Assembly (NCBI GenBank): GCA_028688375.1
Contig: JAQTYG010000002.1
Location: forward strand, 3,841-67,840
DNA length: 64,000 nt
Reading direction: 5' to 3'
From: Patescibacteria group bacterium
GTDB taxonomy: Bacteria; Patescibacteriota; Patescibacteriia; Magasanikbacterales; GWA2-37-8
Shown: piece by piece, positions 9,443-18,557 of the stretch
Layout: every line of letters begins with the position of its first letter
How positions within the stretch are numbered: position 1 is the stretch's first letter
Notes under the pieces: model-generated
The model's database searches: none
What the model was told of the DNA's origin: nothing
What the model saw: the letters and a program-made list of their open reading frames with translations, nothing else
Position numbers and translations under genes: made by a program

Positions 9443-9715
9443 ATGCGTTCTTTGAAAAGGCTGGGTCGTTTCATCTTGGTTTGGGAATCGGCTTTAGCCG
9501 GCGTGGTCTTCCTGGCCATCGCCGTTACCGCGTTATTCGATCCTTCGCTCGTGAAAACGGTGGAATCGCTCGATTGCTTCATCAAGGCGAAAATCATCGC
9601 CGCCTATTGGTTGCCGTCCTGGAAAACGGATGAAATAATCGTTGCGGCGTCGTTTATTTCTGGCGCGTTCAACATGGCGATCGTCCTGGCCTCAGCTATT
9701 CGGACGCGCCGATGA
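9443..9715 (+). CDS. small membrane protein, hypothetical
   Basis: Own promoter TTGACA(9362)-17-TATAAT, GGAGG SD, two hydrophobic segments. Confidence 0.6.
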   Translation: MRSLKRLGRFILVWESALAGVVFLAIAVTALFDPSLVKTVESLDCFIKAKIIAAYWLPSWKTDEIIVAASFISGAFNMAIVLASAIRTRR

Positions 9716-9990
9716 AAGGAGCCATCATGGCAGGCAAACTCAAAAGGATGTTCCTGATCACCCTTTCAGCTTTGGTCGCTGTTGGTGTCGCCACGACCCA
9801 ATCGGTGGTAGAGATCTTCTTGTTCCTCGTCGGCATCGGGTTGTGTATCGAGGCATTCAGCCAGCCCCCGTGGTTCTCTTGTTTTTACGTTTTCGTTGGC
9901 ATGTTGTCGCTGTATCTGTGCGGAAAGGTTTCCGGCGCCGATTTGTCCGGAACTTGGTGGCAGCGTTTCGTCCTCCCTCATCTGGAGTGA
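9712..9990 (+). CDS. small membrane protein, hypothetical (start may be 9727)
   Basis: ATGA overlap with upstream gene, AAGGAG SD before 9727, three hydrophobic segments. Confidence 0.55.
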   Translation: MKGAIMAGKLKRMFLITLSALVAVGVATTQSVVEIFLFLVGIGLCIEAFSQPPWFSCFYVFVGMLSLYLCGKVSGADLSGTWWQRFVLPHLE

Positions 9991-10084
9991 CGGGCGATGC
10001 CCCGTCTCGCGTTGCGCGCTCCTCTCCGGGGCGCGCCTTTGTTTTATTGCTAAAATTCATCAAATCGGCTAAGATTAAAGCAAT

Positions 10085-11101
10085 ATGTTGAAGATTGAAA
10101 CAAAATTTGAAATGAGCAACAGCTGGTTGAAGGAAAATGTCAGCCGGCCGCCTTTTTGCCAGTCGTTTGAATGGGAAGAAATATTGTCGCGTGAAGGCAA
10201 AGATGTTGAACGCTTGGCCGTATTTGATGACGAAAAACCCGTGGCTATGGCACTGGTGGAATATCATAAATTGCCGTTCGGCTGGCGGTATGCTTTTTGT
10301 CCGAAAGGACCAATTACAGCTCGCAGTTCACAGCCCACAGTTCACAAAATTTACGAAGTTCTGGCCGGTTATTTTAAGAATAAAAAATGTATATTCTTTC
10401 GTTTCGAACCGATGGCGAACTGGGAACTGGGAACTGAGAACTGTGAACTTCGCAAAACCGTCGACATTAATCCGCGGGCGACGATGATTTTAGATTTGCG
10501 GCGTACGCCGGATGAACTACTCGCCGGTATGCATCAAAAGACACGATACAACATTAACTTGGCGCAGAAAAAAGATTTACGGGTAAGCGATATTAAAGAT
10601 GCCGACCTGTTCATGACTTTAATGAAAGCCACCGGTCAGCGCGATAAATTTCGTCTGCACCAGGTTAAACATTATCATGAAATAATTTTTTCTCCGTTGG
10701 CGCACCAGTTAACTGTTTTTTACGGACCACGCCCGATTGCCACAGCGATCTTTGCCGGCTTTGGCGATACTTTCACTTACGTTTTTGGCGCGTCCGATTA
10801 TGACCACCGCTCGCTAATGGCGCCGTATTTAATTCAATGGGAGGGGATTAAAATGGGGCAAAGATACGGCTATAGATATTATGATTTTTTTGGCATAGCG
10901 CCACAAAAAGGAATAAAGAGTAAGGAACAAGGAATAAATGATTATGAATATGACGTAAAACACCAATATGCCGGGGTGACAAGGTTTAAGCAGGGGTTTG
11001 GCGGCGCGTACCATGAAGACCCGGGAACATTTGATTTGATTATTTCACCGTGGAAGTATAGAGTATATAATTGGTTGCGGAGGATAAGAAGAATGATTTA
11101 G
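10085..11101 (+). CDS. FemABX/MurM-family lipid II peptidyltransferase
   Basis: FCQSFEW, PKGP, MHQKTRYNI.LA.KK, YDFFGI, GVTRFKQGFGG. Confidence 0.9.
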   Translation: MLKIETKFEMSNSWLKENVSRPPFCQSFEWEEILSREGKDVERLAVFDDEKPVAMALVEYHKLPFGWRYAFCPKGPITARSSQPTVHKIYEVLAGYFKNKKCIFFRFEPMANWELGTENCELRKTVDINPRATMILDLRRTPDELLAGMHQKTRYNINLAQKKDLRVSDIKDADLFMTLMKATGQRDKFRLHQVKHYHEIIFSPLAHQLTVFYGPRPIATAIFAGFGDTFTYVFGASDYDHRSLMAPYLIQWEGIKMGQRYGYRYYDFFGIAPQKGIKSKEQGINDYEYDVKHQYAGVTRFKQGFGGAYHEDPGTFDLIISPWKYRVYNWLRRIRRMI

Positions 11102-11172
11102 TCCTTGTAGTTTAATGGATAAAATACCTCCCTCCGAAGGAGGTGATGCGCGTTCGATTCGCGCCGAGGGCA
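11101..11172 (+). tRNA. tRNA-Arg(CCG)
   Basis: GTCCTTG/CGAGGGC acceptor, CCTCC-CTCCGAA-GGAGG anticodon arm, GCGCG-TTCGATT-CGCGC T arm; begins at the last base of the upstream stop codon. Confidence 0.92.
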
Positions 11173-11186
11173 CATTTAATTTTTTT

Positions 11187-12236
11187 ATGGATAACATAGA
11201 TTTAAAGAAAATTTCCGAGTTGCTTGCTAACCAGACAGGCCACTCGGTTCAAATTGAAAAAATAGAAAAAGTCGGGAGTGGGTATCACTCCGACGGTTTT
11301 AAGTTGGTCGCTGCCGATGGGCGGTGTTATTTTTTGAAAAAAGTTAAATCGCATGACTTGGGTTTTGAATTACCCGAAAGAAAAATCATGTCGCTTTTAG
11401 TAAGCAACGGCATGTGTAATCGGGCGAACATCGGTTCTAAATGTTTGGGTGTAGTGCTGGGCAACGGCGATGAAGTAAAAATGCTCCCCGAAGTAAATGA
11501 GGCCACGGAAATTTATCACCTTCAAGAATACGAGCCGGAAGGGACAAGTTATTGGTCGTTACTGCAGGCCAGAAAAAACCGGGCCGCGATTGAGCCGGAA
11601 GATTTATCGGAATTGGAAAAAATTACCGACTACATCAGCGCGGTTCATCGCGTAAAACATCCGTCGTCAGACGCCGGTCAACTCAAGGCGGTTTACAACG
11701 ACAGTCTGCGCGCTGTGCTGACCAACCCGGAATTAGCCATTATGCTTTTGTCCGATTATACCGACAGCCATCCGCTCCTTCCGGCCGGCGAGCATGGCGC
11801 GTATGTGGGTCTGATGCTCAATTTAATGTACCAGTGGAAAGATCGGTCCGATCGTCTGACCGCTTTGCACGGCGATTTTTGGGGCGCCAATTTATTTGTC
11901 AGAAAAGACGGCAGTGTGTGGATGATCGATTACTCAAGAATTCCCTGGGGCGATCCGGGGATAGACATCGGCTGGTGGCTGGCGCAGTATATTTGGTTTT
12001 ATCATGCCACCGGCAATCAGTATTTCAAAACAATGGGTGATAAGTTTTTAGAACTTTATATCGCCAAAACGAACGACCAAGAAATCAAACAAACCGTCGC
12101 CTTGTCGCTTGGTTTGTTGAACATTATATTTTTGTCACCCAGGTTTTATCCCGATCTTGATTTGTCGGTCGGAAAAAGCTTTTTCGATAATATCGTGGCG
12201 ATACTTAAAAAAGGAACTTTTATATGGACAAAATAG
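11187..12236 (+). CDS. aminoglycoside phosphotransferase/choline kinase-like protein (start moved downstream of tRNA)
   Basis: GSGYHS loop, LHGDFWGANL (Brenner motif), MIDY..WGDP..D. Confidence 0.8.
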   Translation: MDNIDLKKISELLANQTGHSVQIEKIEKVGSGYHSDGFKLVAADGRCYFLKKVKSHDLGFELPERKIMSLLVSNGMCNRANIGSKCLGVVLGNGDEVKMLPEVNEATEIYHLQEYEPEGTSYWSLLQARKNRAAIEPEDLSELEKITDYISAVHRVKHPSSDAGQLKAVYNDSLRAVLTNPELAIMLLSDYTDSHPLLPAGEHGAYVGLMLNLMYQWKDRSDRLTALHGDFWGANLFVRKDGSVWMIDYSRIPWGDPGIDIGWWLAQYIWFYHATGNQYFKTMGDKFLELYIAKTNDQEIKQTVALSLGLLNIIFLSPRFYPDLDLSVGKSFFDNIVAILKKGTFIWTK

Positions 12237-13042
12237 CAAGACAGCCCAATCAAGATCCGTCGCTTCACGTCGATTTGTTTCGGCATGGGTCGGCGAAGTA
12301 TGAACAAGGAAAAACTACAGTAGAAGAGGCGGCCGATTTGACCGAAGCGGGCATCGCCGAAGTTAAAACCAGCGCGGAAGCTCTGGCGGAGCTTATATCG
12401 CCCGACGAAGAAGTGCAGATTTGGTCCTCGCCGATGGGACGAACCTTGCAGACGGCGAAAATAATTTCGGAGACGCTGGCGGCTAAAGGTGTTAATTTAC
12501 GCGGTGAGCGCCAAGCCGAGGGTGCCGGGATAAAAGTATTTGATCAGTTATCGGAAGTAAAGAATTTTTCTTGGTCGCTTTTTAGTCCGTTGGTTTATGG
12601 CGGAGAAGTGGAGTACGCCGGCCGGAAATTTGTGATTGACGCGGCGAAAACCAACCCGCAGAATTTGGGTCCGGCGCAGTATTACGCGAGCGACAACATC
12701 CATAATATTAGCGCGGAAGCAAAGGCGGGCTGGCCGGCGGAGTACGTGAAAGCCGTGGAAGATTTTGAGGATTTTATGTCTGTGACTAAACGGATTATGA
12801 AACCGTTGGTTCGATTGAAGGGCTTGAGCGACAAGCCCTATCGCGTGATTATCGTGACGCACGACGCTTTGCTCGGTTTTGTCGCTAATATTTTTTCCGG
12901 CGGGGAATCCGCCGGCGTTAATCCGGCGGAATTTATTAATTTGGAACGGAAAGACGGCCAACTGGTGGCCACCAAAGTCGGTCAGTTGGATCGGCCGGAG
13001 AGTAAAGACGTAATTGACGAGTTTAACCAACAACACCAATAA
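12224..13042 (+). CDS. histidine phosphatase superfamily protein
   Basis: LFRHG, SSPMGRTLQTA, IIVTH. Confidence 0.85.
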   Translation: MDKIARQPNQDPSLHVDLFRHGSAKYEQGKTTVEEAADLTEAGIAEVKTSAEALAELISPDEEVQIWSSPMGRTLQTAKIISETLAAKGVNLRGERQAEGAGIKVFDQLSEVKNFSWSLFSPLVYGGEVEYAGRKFVIDAAKTNPQNLGPAQYYASDNIHNISAEAKAGWPAEYVKAVEDFEDFMSVTKRIMKPLVRLKGLSDKPYRVIIVTHDALLGFVANIFSGGESAGVNPAEFINLERKDGQLVATKVGQLDRPESKDVIDEFNQQHQ

Positions 13043-13046
13043 TGTT

Positions 13047-13475
13047 ATGCCGGCCAAAAGCGGGAAATCAAAAGAAGGCCATTTGATGCACTATAGTTCG
13101 TCCGCGATTATAAAGCGCGACGGCAAGATTTTGATGATCGATCGGACGATCGCTCCCCTGGGTTTTGCTTGTCCGGCCGGACATCTTGAAGAGGGGGAAA
13201 CGCCGGACGAAGCTTTATATCGGGAAGTGGAAGAGGAAACCGGTTTGAAGATTAAAAAATGTAAATTTTTAATTGAGGAAGAAGTGGACGGCAATATTTG
13301 CAGCCGGGGTGTGGCCGTACATTATTGGTATGTTTATGAATGTGAATGCGCCGGCGAACCGAAACTTTTTCCGGCCGAAGAAAAATCCATCGGCTGGTAC
13401 ACGCCGGAGCAAATTAAAACTATGACGCTGGAACCGGTCTGGGATTATTGGTTGAAAAAGTTTAAAGTAATTTAA
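13047..13475 (+). CDS. NUDIX hydrolase (start uncertain, 13047-13086)
   Basis: Nudix box GHLEEGETPDEALYREVEEETGL. Confidence 0.9.
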   Translation: MPAKSGKSKEGHLMHYSSSAIIKRDGKILMIDRTIAPLGFACPAGHLEEGETPDEALYREVEEETGLKIKKCKFLIEEEVDGNICSRGVAVHYWYVYECECAGEPKLFPAEEKSIGWYTPEQIKTMTLEPVWDYWLKKFKVI

Positions 13476-13481
13476 CGTAAT

Positions 13482-13516
13482 AAAAAACGCTCCGGCCATT
13501 GACCGGAGCGTTTTTT
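13482..13516. terminator. bidirectional terminator
   Basis: AAAAAACGCTCCGG-CCATTGA-CCGGAGCGTTTTTT. Confidence 0.8.
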
Positions 13517-13521
13517 AATTT

Positions 13522-16014
13522 TTAAGCCATCGCCGCTTCCAGATTTTCAATCAGTGTGACGCTGGCGACTTTGTCGCCGTCTTCTTTGAAGCGCATCAAG
13601 CGGACGCCCTGAGTGGCACGGCCGGAGACAGATACAGTTTTCAACGGTAAGCGGATCACCTGCCCTTTGGCGGACATCAGTAACAAATCGTATTTATCTT
13701 CTTTGGCGCCGTCCACTAAGCGGGCGTGAATCAGGTTGCCGGTTTTTTGCGTGATTTCCGCCGTCTTAATACCACTGCCACCGCGTCCTTGCACTTTGTA
13801 TTGCGCCAGGGGCGTGCGCTTGCCCACGCCGTTCTCGCCCACAGTCAAAAGTTCTAAGCTTTTGTTATTCGGGTCGACAATATCCATGGAAATCACCTCG
13901 TCTTTATCGTGCAGGCGCATCCCGCGCACGCCGGCCGCGTTTCGGCCCATCGGGCGCACGTCGCCTTCTTCAAAACGAATCGCCTGCCCCTTTAAAGTGA
14001 TAATGCTAATCTCATCGTGCCCGGTGGACGGTTTGACCCATTCCATGGAATCTTCGCCCTTGAGTTTCAAAGCAATTAAACCGCTCCGGCGGACGTTGGT
14101 AAAATCTTCCAGCGCGGTTTTTTTGATTAAGCCTTTTTTCGTCACCATCACCAGGTATTTTATTTCCGCCAAATTGCCCATGGTGAGTAGCGCCGTCACG
14201 TTTTCATTCGGCGCCAGTTGGAGGAAGTTTACCAGGGCTTGGCCTTTGGCCGTCCGGCTGCCCTGCGGGATATCATAAGCGAACAGTTGGAAGACCCGCC
14301 CGCGATTGGTGAAAAATAGCACGTTGTCGTGAGTGTTGGTCATTTGTAATTGGTCCACCGACTCTTCTTCCTTGGTCGTCGTGCCGATCACGCCTTTGCC
14401 CCCGCGCGATTGCTGGCGGAACGTGTCCGGTGGCAAGCGCTTCACATAGCCGTCGGTGGTGGTCATAATCATTGTTGTTTCGTTGGGCACCAAATCTTCC
14501 ACCGTAAATTCTTTGATACCGTGCGCCACGATTTGCGTTCGACGGGGTTGGCCGAATTTGGTTTTAATTTCTTCGGTTTCAGTTTTTACGATATGCAAAA
14601 TTTTCGCCTCGGACGCGAGGATCGCTTCCAATTCTTTCATCAGGGCTTTCTTTTCCTTCAATTCGTCCTCGATTTTTTGCCGTTCCAGGTTGGCCAGTTG
14701 TTGTAATTTCATTTCCAAAATCGCCGTGGTCTGCCGGTCGGTGAATTTGAAATGCTTCATCAAATTGATTTTGGCCTCGTCTTTGTCTTTGGATGCGCGG
14801 ATGGTTTTAATCACTTGCTCAATTTTGTCCAAAGCCATTTTCAAGCCGTCCAAAATGTGGGCGCGGTCTTTGGCTTTGGCTAAATCAAACTCGGTGCGCC
14901 GGCGGATAATCACTTGGCGGTGTTTGATAAATTCTTCCAGGATGGTTTTTAGATTCAAAATGCGCGGTTGAATGCCGTCCACCAGCGCCAGCATGTTGGA
15001 GTGAAAGGTAGTCTGCAATTCGGTCATCTTGAACAGCTGGTTCATTATTTTTTTCGGATAAGAATCCTTTTTCAAATCAATCACCATGCGCACGCCGTCC
15101 TTGTTGGATTCGTCGCGCATATCGCGAATGCCCTCAATCTTTTTTTCCTGCACCAGTTCGGCGATTTTTTCCAAGAGCGTCGCCTTGTTCACCTGATAAG
15201 GAACTTCGGAAATAATAATTTGGAAGTGCCCGGCTTTGGCTTCAAGAATTTCCGCTTTGGCGCGGACGACGATCCCGCCCTTGCCGGTGGCATACATGGC
15301 GGCGATATCTTTTTTGTTATAGATAATTCCGCCGGTCGGGAAATCCGGGCCTTTTACAATCTCCGACAGGTCTTCCACCGTGGACTTTGGTTTTTCGATG
15401 AGTAGCGCCACCCCGTCGCAAAGTTCGGTTAGGTTGTGCGGGGGGATGGAAGTGGACATGCCGACGGCGATGCCCATAGTGCCGTTCAATAGCAAGTTCG
15501 GCACTTTGGAGGGCAGGACGGCCGGTTCCTTGTGCGACCCGTCGTAGGTCGGAATAAAATTAACGGTATCTTTTTCAATATCCACCAGCATTTCTTCAGC
15601 CAGCGCGGCTAGACGAGCTTCAGTGTAGCGCATGGCGGCGGCGCTGTCGCCATCCATACTGCCGAAGTTGCCTTGGCCGTCCACGAAGACTTGGCGCATG
15701 GAAAAATCCTGGGCCATGCGGACCATGGAATCATAAATGGCGGCATCGCCGTGCGGGTGGTATTTGGCCATCACCTCGCCGACCACGTGCGCGGATTTGC
15801 GGTATTTGGCCGTGTGTTTCAGACCGACATCCCACATGGCGTACATAATGCGCCGGTGCACCGGTTTGAAGCCGTCGCGTACATCAGGCAGGGCGCGCGA
15901 AACTATCACGCTCATGGCGTATTCCAAATATGATTGTTTTACTTCTTCGGCAATCGGCGCGGCAATCAGTTTGCCGACGTTTTCCGTTCCGGGCAATGAC
16001 ATTTTATCTTGCAT
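13522..16014 (-). CDS. gyrA: DNA gyrase subunit A
   Basis: RALPDVRDG.KPVHRR, YHPHGD, AAMRYTE, GyrA-box QSRGGKG, CTD repeats. Confidence 0.97.
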   Translation of the reverse strand: MQDKMSLPGTENVGKLIAAPIAEEVKQSYLEYAMSVIVSRALPDVRDGFKPVHRRIMYAMWDVGLKHTAKYRKSAHVVGEVMAKYHPHGDAAIYDSMVRMAQDFSMRQVFVDGQGNFGSMDGDSAAAMRYTEARLAALAEEMLVDIEKDTVNFIPTYDGSHKEPAVLPSKVPNLLLNGTMGIAVGMSTSIPPHNLTELCDGVALLIEKPKSTVEDLSEIVKGPDFPTGGIIYNKKDIAAMYATGKGGIVVRAKAEILEAKAGHFQIIISEVPYQVNKATLLEKIAELVQEKKIEGIRDMRDESNKDGVRMVIDLKKDSYPKKIMNQLFKMTELQTTFHSNMLALVDGIQPRILNLKTILEEFIKHRQVIIRRRTEFDLAKAKDRAHILDGLKMALDKIEQVIKTIRASKDKDEAKINLMKHFKFTDRQTTAILEMKLQQLANLERQKIEDELKEKKALMKELEAILASEAKILHIVKTETEEIKTKFGQPRRTQIVAHGIKEFTVEDLVPNETTMIMTTTDGYVKRLPPDTFRQQSRGGKGVIGTTTKEEESVDQLQMTNTHDNVLFFTNRGRVFQLFAYDIPQGSRTAKGQALVNFLQLAPNENVTALLTMGNLAEIKYLVMVTKKGLIKKTALEDFTNVRRSGLIALKLKGEDSMEWVKPSTGHDEISIITLKGQAIRFEEGDVRPMGRNAAGVRGMRLHDKDEVISMDIVDPNNKSLELLTVGENGVGKRTPLAQYKVQGRGGSGIKTAEITQKTGNLIHARLVDGAKEDKYDLLLMSAKGQVIRLPLKTVSVSGRATQGVRLMRFKEDGDKVASVTLIENLEAAMA

Positions 16015-16035
16015 ATCAAATTTTTTTCAAAATTG

Positions 16036-16380
16036 TTAATTGGTGGAAGTGGCGGTGGCAGCGGCAGTTTTTTCGCTACTGCTGGCGGACAGCTGTTCCG
16101 CCAGTTTGGCCATTTTATCTTTCGCTTCTTTTTCAATGGCGCTTTTTTCCAGCGCCGTGTTTTTAGTCAAGGCCGTCGCCGCCTGCCAGTCATCTTTTAA
16201 GCCATCCAGCATTTGTTTTTCCGCGCTTTGCTTAAAGCTGAATACGGCTAACTGATTTTTGAAAGAAATAATCCAAAAAGAGGCTAATAACATCGCAACG
16301 ATGCCGACGGCGATCCACAAAATACGACGTTTACGCACGACAACCTCGATGTGTTTGTTGGTTTGTTCTCCTTCAGCCAT
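16036..16380 (-). CDS. hypothetical single-TM protein
   Basis: One hydrophobic helix; operonic spacing. Confidence 0.6.
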   Translation of the reverse strand: MAEGEQTNKHIEVVVRKRRILWIAVGIVAMLLASFWIISFKNQLAVFSFKQSAEKQMLDGLKDDWQAATALTKNTALEKSAIEKEAKDKMAKLAEQLSASSSEKTAAATATSTN

Positions 16381-16381
16381 A

Positions 16382-17005
16382 CTAATAATTTTTTTCTAAG
16401 ATCATCAATTTCGTTTCTTCTTGTGGCAAATCTTTTTTCTTGATGATAAATTTTTTGTCGGTCGCTTCCGGCTTGAGGCCGAGGGTCTTGATAAAATCGC
16501 TCACCGGGTCGGCTTTCGGGTCGGTGTCGCATTGAAAAGCGATGGGAATGACAATGCGCGGTTCCAGCGCGGTGACCGTGGCGGCCGCGTCTTCGGCGGA
16601 AAGCGTTTTATTTTTTTCTCCGCCGACCGGGATGAATAATATATCCGGACTGCCGAGTTTGGCGATGGTTTCCGTGTTCATTTTTTTATTCAAGCGTCCG
16701 AGGTGAACGATGTTCAAACTTTCCGAACCGATTTTAAAAACTACGGTGTCGTCCGGTCCGGGCATGGCGTAAATCATGGTGTCTTTCACTTCACATTCGC
16801 CGGGGGTGTCAATCACAAATGGGCCTTGGCTAAGAGTAACGGCGTTGGTATCGCCGGCGGAAAACAGGGCCACCTGCGGGCTGAAGCTGCGCGGGAAGTC
16901 GCCTTTTTCCGGGCGATAAGGGTCGATTAAAATAACCACGTCCTCGTCTTTGAGATTTTTGGTTTGCAGTTTTACGCAGGTTTGTCCGAGCCAGTTTAAA
17001 TGCAT
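16382..17005 (-). CDS. MBL-fold hydrolase-like protein lacking HxHxDH
   Basis: LNWLGQTC, ILIDPY, PGECEV, DILFIPVGG, LEPRIVIP match the family; metal-binding His motif absent. Confidence 0.7.
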   Translation of the reverse strand: MHLNWLGQTCVKLQTKNLKDEDVVILIDPYRPEKGDFPRSFSPQVALFSAGDTNAVTLSQGPFVIDTPGECEVKDTMIYAMPGPDDTVVFKIGSESLNIVHLGRLNKKMNTETIAKLGSPDILFIPVGGEKNKTLSAEDAAATVTALEPRIVIPIAFQCDTDPKADPVSDFIKTLGLKPEATDKKFIIKKKDLPQEETKLMILEKNY

Positions 17006-17053
17006 ACGAAGCTAGTAAGTAATAAACTAATAAGCAGTAAGTAAATGTTTTTT

Positions 17054-17159
17054 GTCATTCCGAGCGAAGTCCCGCGGAGCGGGATGAAGTCGAGGAATCC
17101 CTTCGGCACCTTGTCATTCCCGCGAAGGCGGGAACCTGCCTGCCGGTAGGCAGGTCCAG
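17054..17159. repeat. REP-like palindromes (GTCATTCCGAGCGAAG.../GTCATTCCCGCGAAGGCGGGAA...)
   Basis: Related copies at 30867, 31401, 33892 and 34058. Confidence 0.7.
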
Positions 17160-17286
17160 TCGATTTTTTATCATAAAACAACGACTATATTTTATCACTA
17201 TTTTACAGTGTTTTCAAGTCCAAAAAGGGGATAGTTTGGGGAAAATGGGGATATTCTTTTTCGCTAATATTAGCCAAGTTAAGGTA

Positions 17287-17315
17287 TTGACAAAAAGGCA
17301 AAAATGTGCTATACT
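17287..17315 (+). promoter_or_regulatory. sigma70 promoter of DGR target gene
   Basis: TTGACA-17-TATACT; near-identical to the promoter at 7896. Confidence 0.75.
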
Positions 17316-17410
17316 ATATTATTCTTTTACAAACTCCAGTCCCGCATGGTGCGGGACGGAAAACCCGGCCGCGGGGAACAGCGGCAGAAAGAAAACAGGA
17401 GGAAAGGTCC

Positions 17411-18136
17411 ATGACAAACCATGGCACGGTCCCCCAGAATCAGTTCGAAGAGTTCCTGGCCGCCCTCATCGTGGCTCTACCGCAGATGACGCCGGAGCAG
17501 ATGCAGAAGTTCATCCGGCTCTCGACCAAGACCAAGAGGAAGAAGCTCCGTGAGCTCTTCGGCACGACCGACACCGAGGTTTGGCGCGAGGAGTGGACGA
17601 AGTTCTACCTCGAGGTCTTCAACCTCGCGGTGGACCTGACGAACGTCGTCCTGCCCACCGAGGTGGAGGAGTTCGCCTGGCTGACGGTTCTGGCCAAGGA
17701 GCTCGGCGACACGCCGCTCAACACGGCCATGGTCGCTGCCAGGAAGCTCTTCAAGGGCAAGGTCTGGCAGTACTACGACGACCTGGACAAGGATGTCACC
17801 GTCAACGACCGCGACCTGAAGAACGGCTCCTACGCCATCCGCATCCGGGCCAGGGTGGAGGCCGACGAGGAGAACAAGGGCCTCTCGGCCAACCAGATCG
17901 CCGAGCGTAAGCTCGTGACGATGACGCTCCTGGAGCGCATCGTGCTGGAGCTGTTCTACTTCTGGAAGACCGGGAAGCACCTGGACATCCAGAACGTGAC
18001 GCTCTGCAGCGGCTCGCGCAGCTCGGATGGCCGCGTCCCGCGCTGCGACTTGTTTGGCGCTGGCCACTTCTTCGTCGACGACTGCCGCCCCGGCTGCGCC
18101 CGCGTCTACTTGCGGGCTCGTGTCGCAGTTTTGTAA
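17411..18136 (+). CDS. DGR target (variable) protein with C-terminal VR, probable CLec fold
   Basis: AGGAGG SD before ATG 17411; last ~42 codons are a diverged copy of the TR. Confidence 0.9.
   Translation: MTNHGTVPQNQFEEFLAALIVALPQMTPEQMQKFIRLSTKTKRKKLRELFGTTDTEVWREEWTKFYLEVFNLAVDLTNVVLPTEVEEFAWLTVLAKELGDTPLNTAMVAARKLFKGKVWQYYDDLDKDVTVNDRDLKNGSYAIRIRARVEADEENKGLSANQIAERKLVTMTLLERIVLELFYFWKTGKHLDIQNVTLCSGSRSSDGRVPRCDLFGAGHFFVDDCRPGCARVYLRARVAVL
18008..18131 (+). repeat. DGR variable repeat (VR)
   Basis: 124-nt ungapped match to 18405-18528 with 19 mismatches, 13 opposite TR adenines. Confidence 0.93.
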
Positions 18137-18174
18137 CTCGTTCCTTTAACTCTTATCTCACCGGTTCGTTCTCT

Positions 18175-18214
18175 CGCCCGTTTGTGTGTCTTGCACAGAC
18201 GGGCGTTTTCTTTT
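18175..18214 (+). terminator. hairpin downstream of VR (DGR target-recognition hairpin and/or terminator)
   Basis: CGCCCGTTTGTG-TGTCTTG-CACAGACGGGCG followed by TTTTCTTTT. Confidence 0.7.
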
Positions 18215-18404
18215 AAAATACTTTTGGCTAATACAACCAATCTCACGCGATGAGGTAATGGTTTGCCACAAATTGAAACTGCTTAATCGATTTTAGAGAG
18301 TATTCGTGAAATGTCGCGATGGCTCCAAACAACGCCTGCTTCGCGGGTCAACGCAGATAATTTTGTTAAAGATTATCGGTGATTTTTGATGAAATCGGTT
18401 AATA

Positions 18405-18528
18405 AGCGGCTCGCGCAACTCGGATGGCGACGTCCCGCGCTGCGACTTGGGTGGCGATGGCCACTTCCACGTCTACGGCTGCAGCCCCGACAACGCCAAC
18501 GACAACTTGCGGGCTCGTGTCGAAGTTT
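18405..18528 (+). ncRNA. DGR template repeat (TR)
   Basis: AAC/GAC-rich 3' part (GACAACGCCAACGACAAC), non-coding, upstream of avd and RT. Confidence 0.88.
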
Positions 18529-18530
18529 CA

Positions 18531-18557
18531 AAAAGGAGCTTGCGTCAAGCTCCTTTT
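18531..18557. other. perfect 12-bp hairpin directly 3' of TR, overlapping the avd stop codon
   Basis: AAAAGGAGCTTG-CGT-CAAGCTCCTTTT. Confidence 0.7.

Noticed and set aside
11115-11186. N-terminal extension of the kinase ORF
   Set aside because: Overlaps tRNA-Arg(CCG); real start is likely 11187
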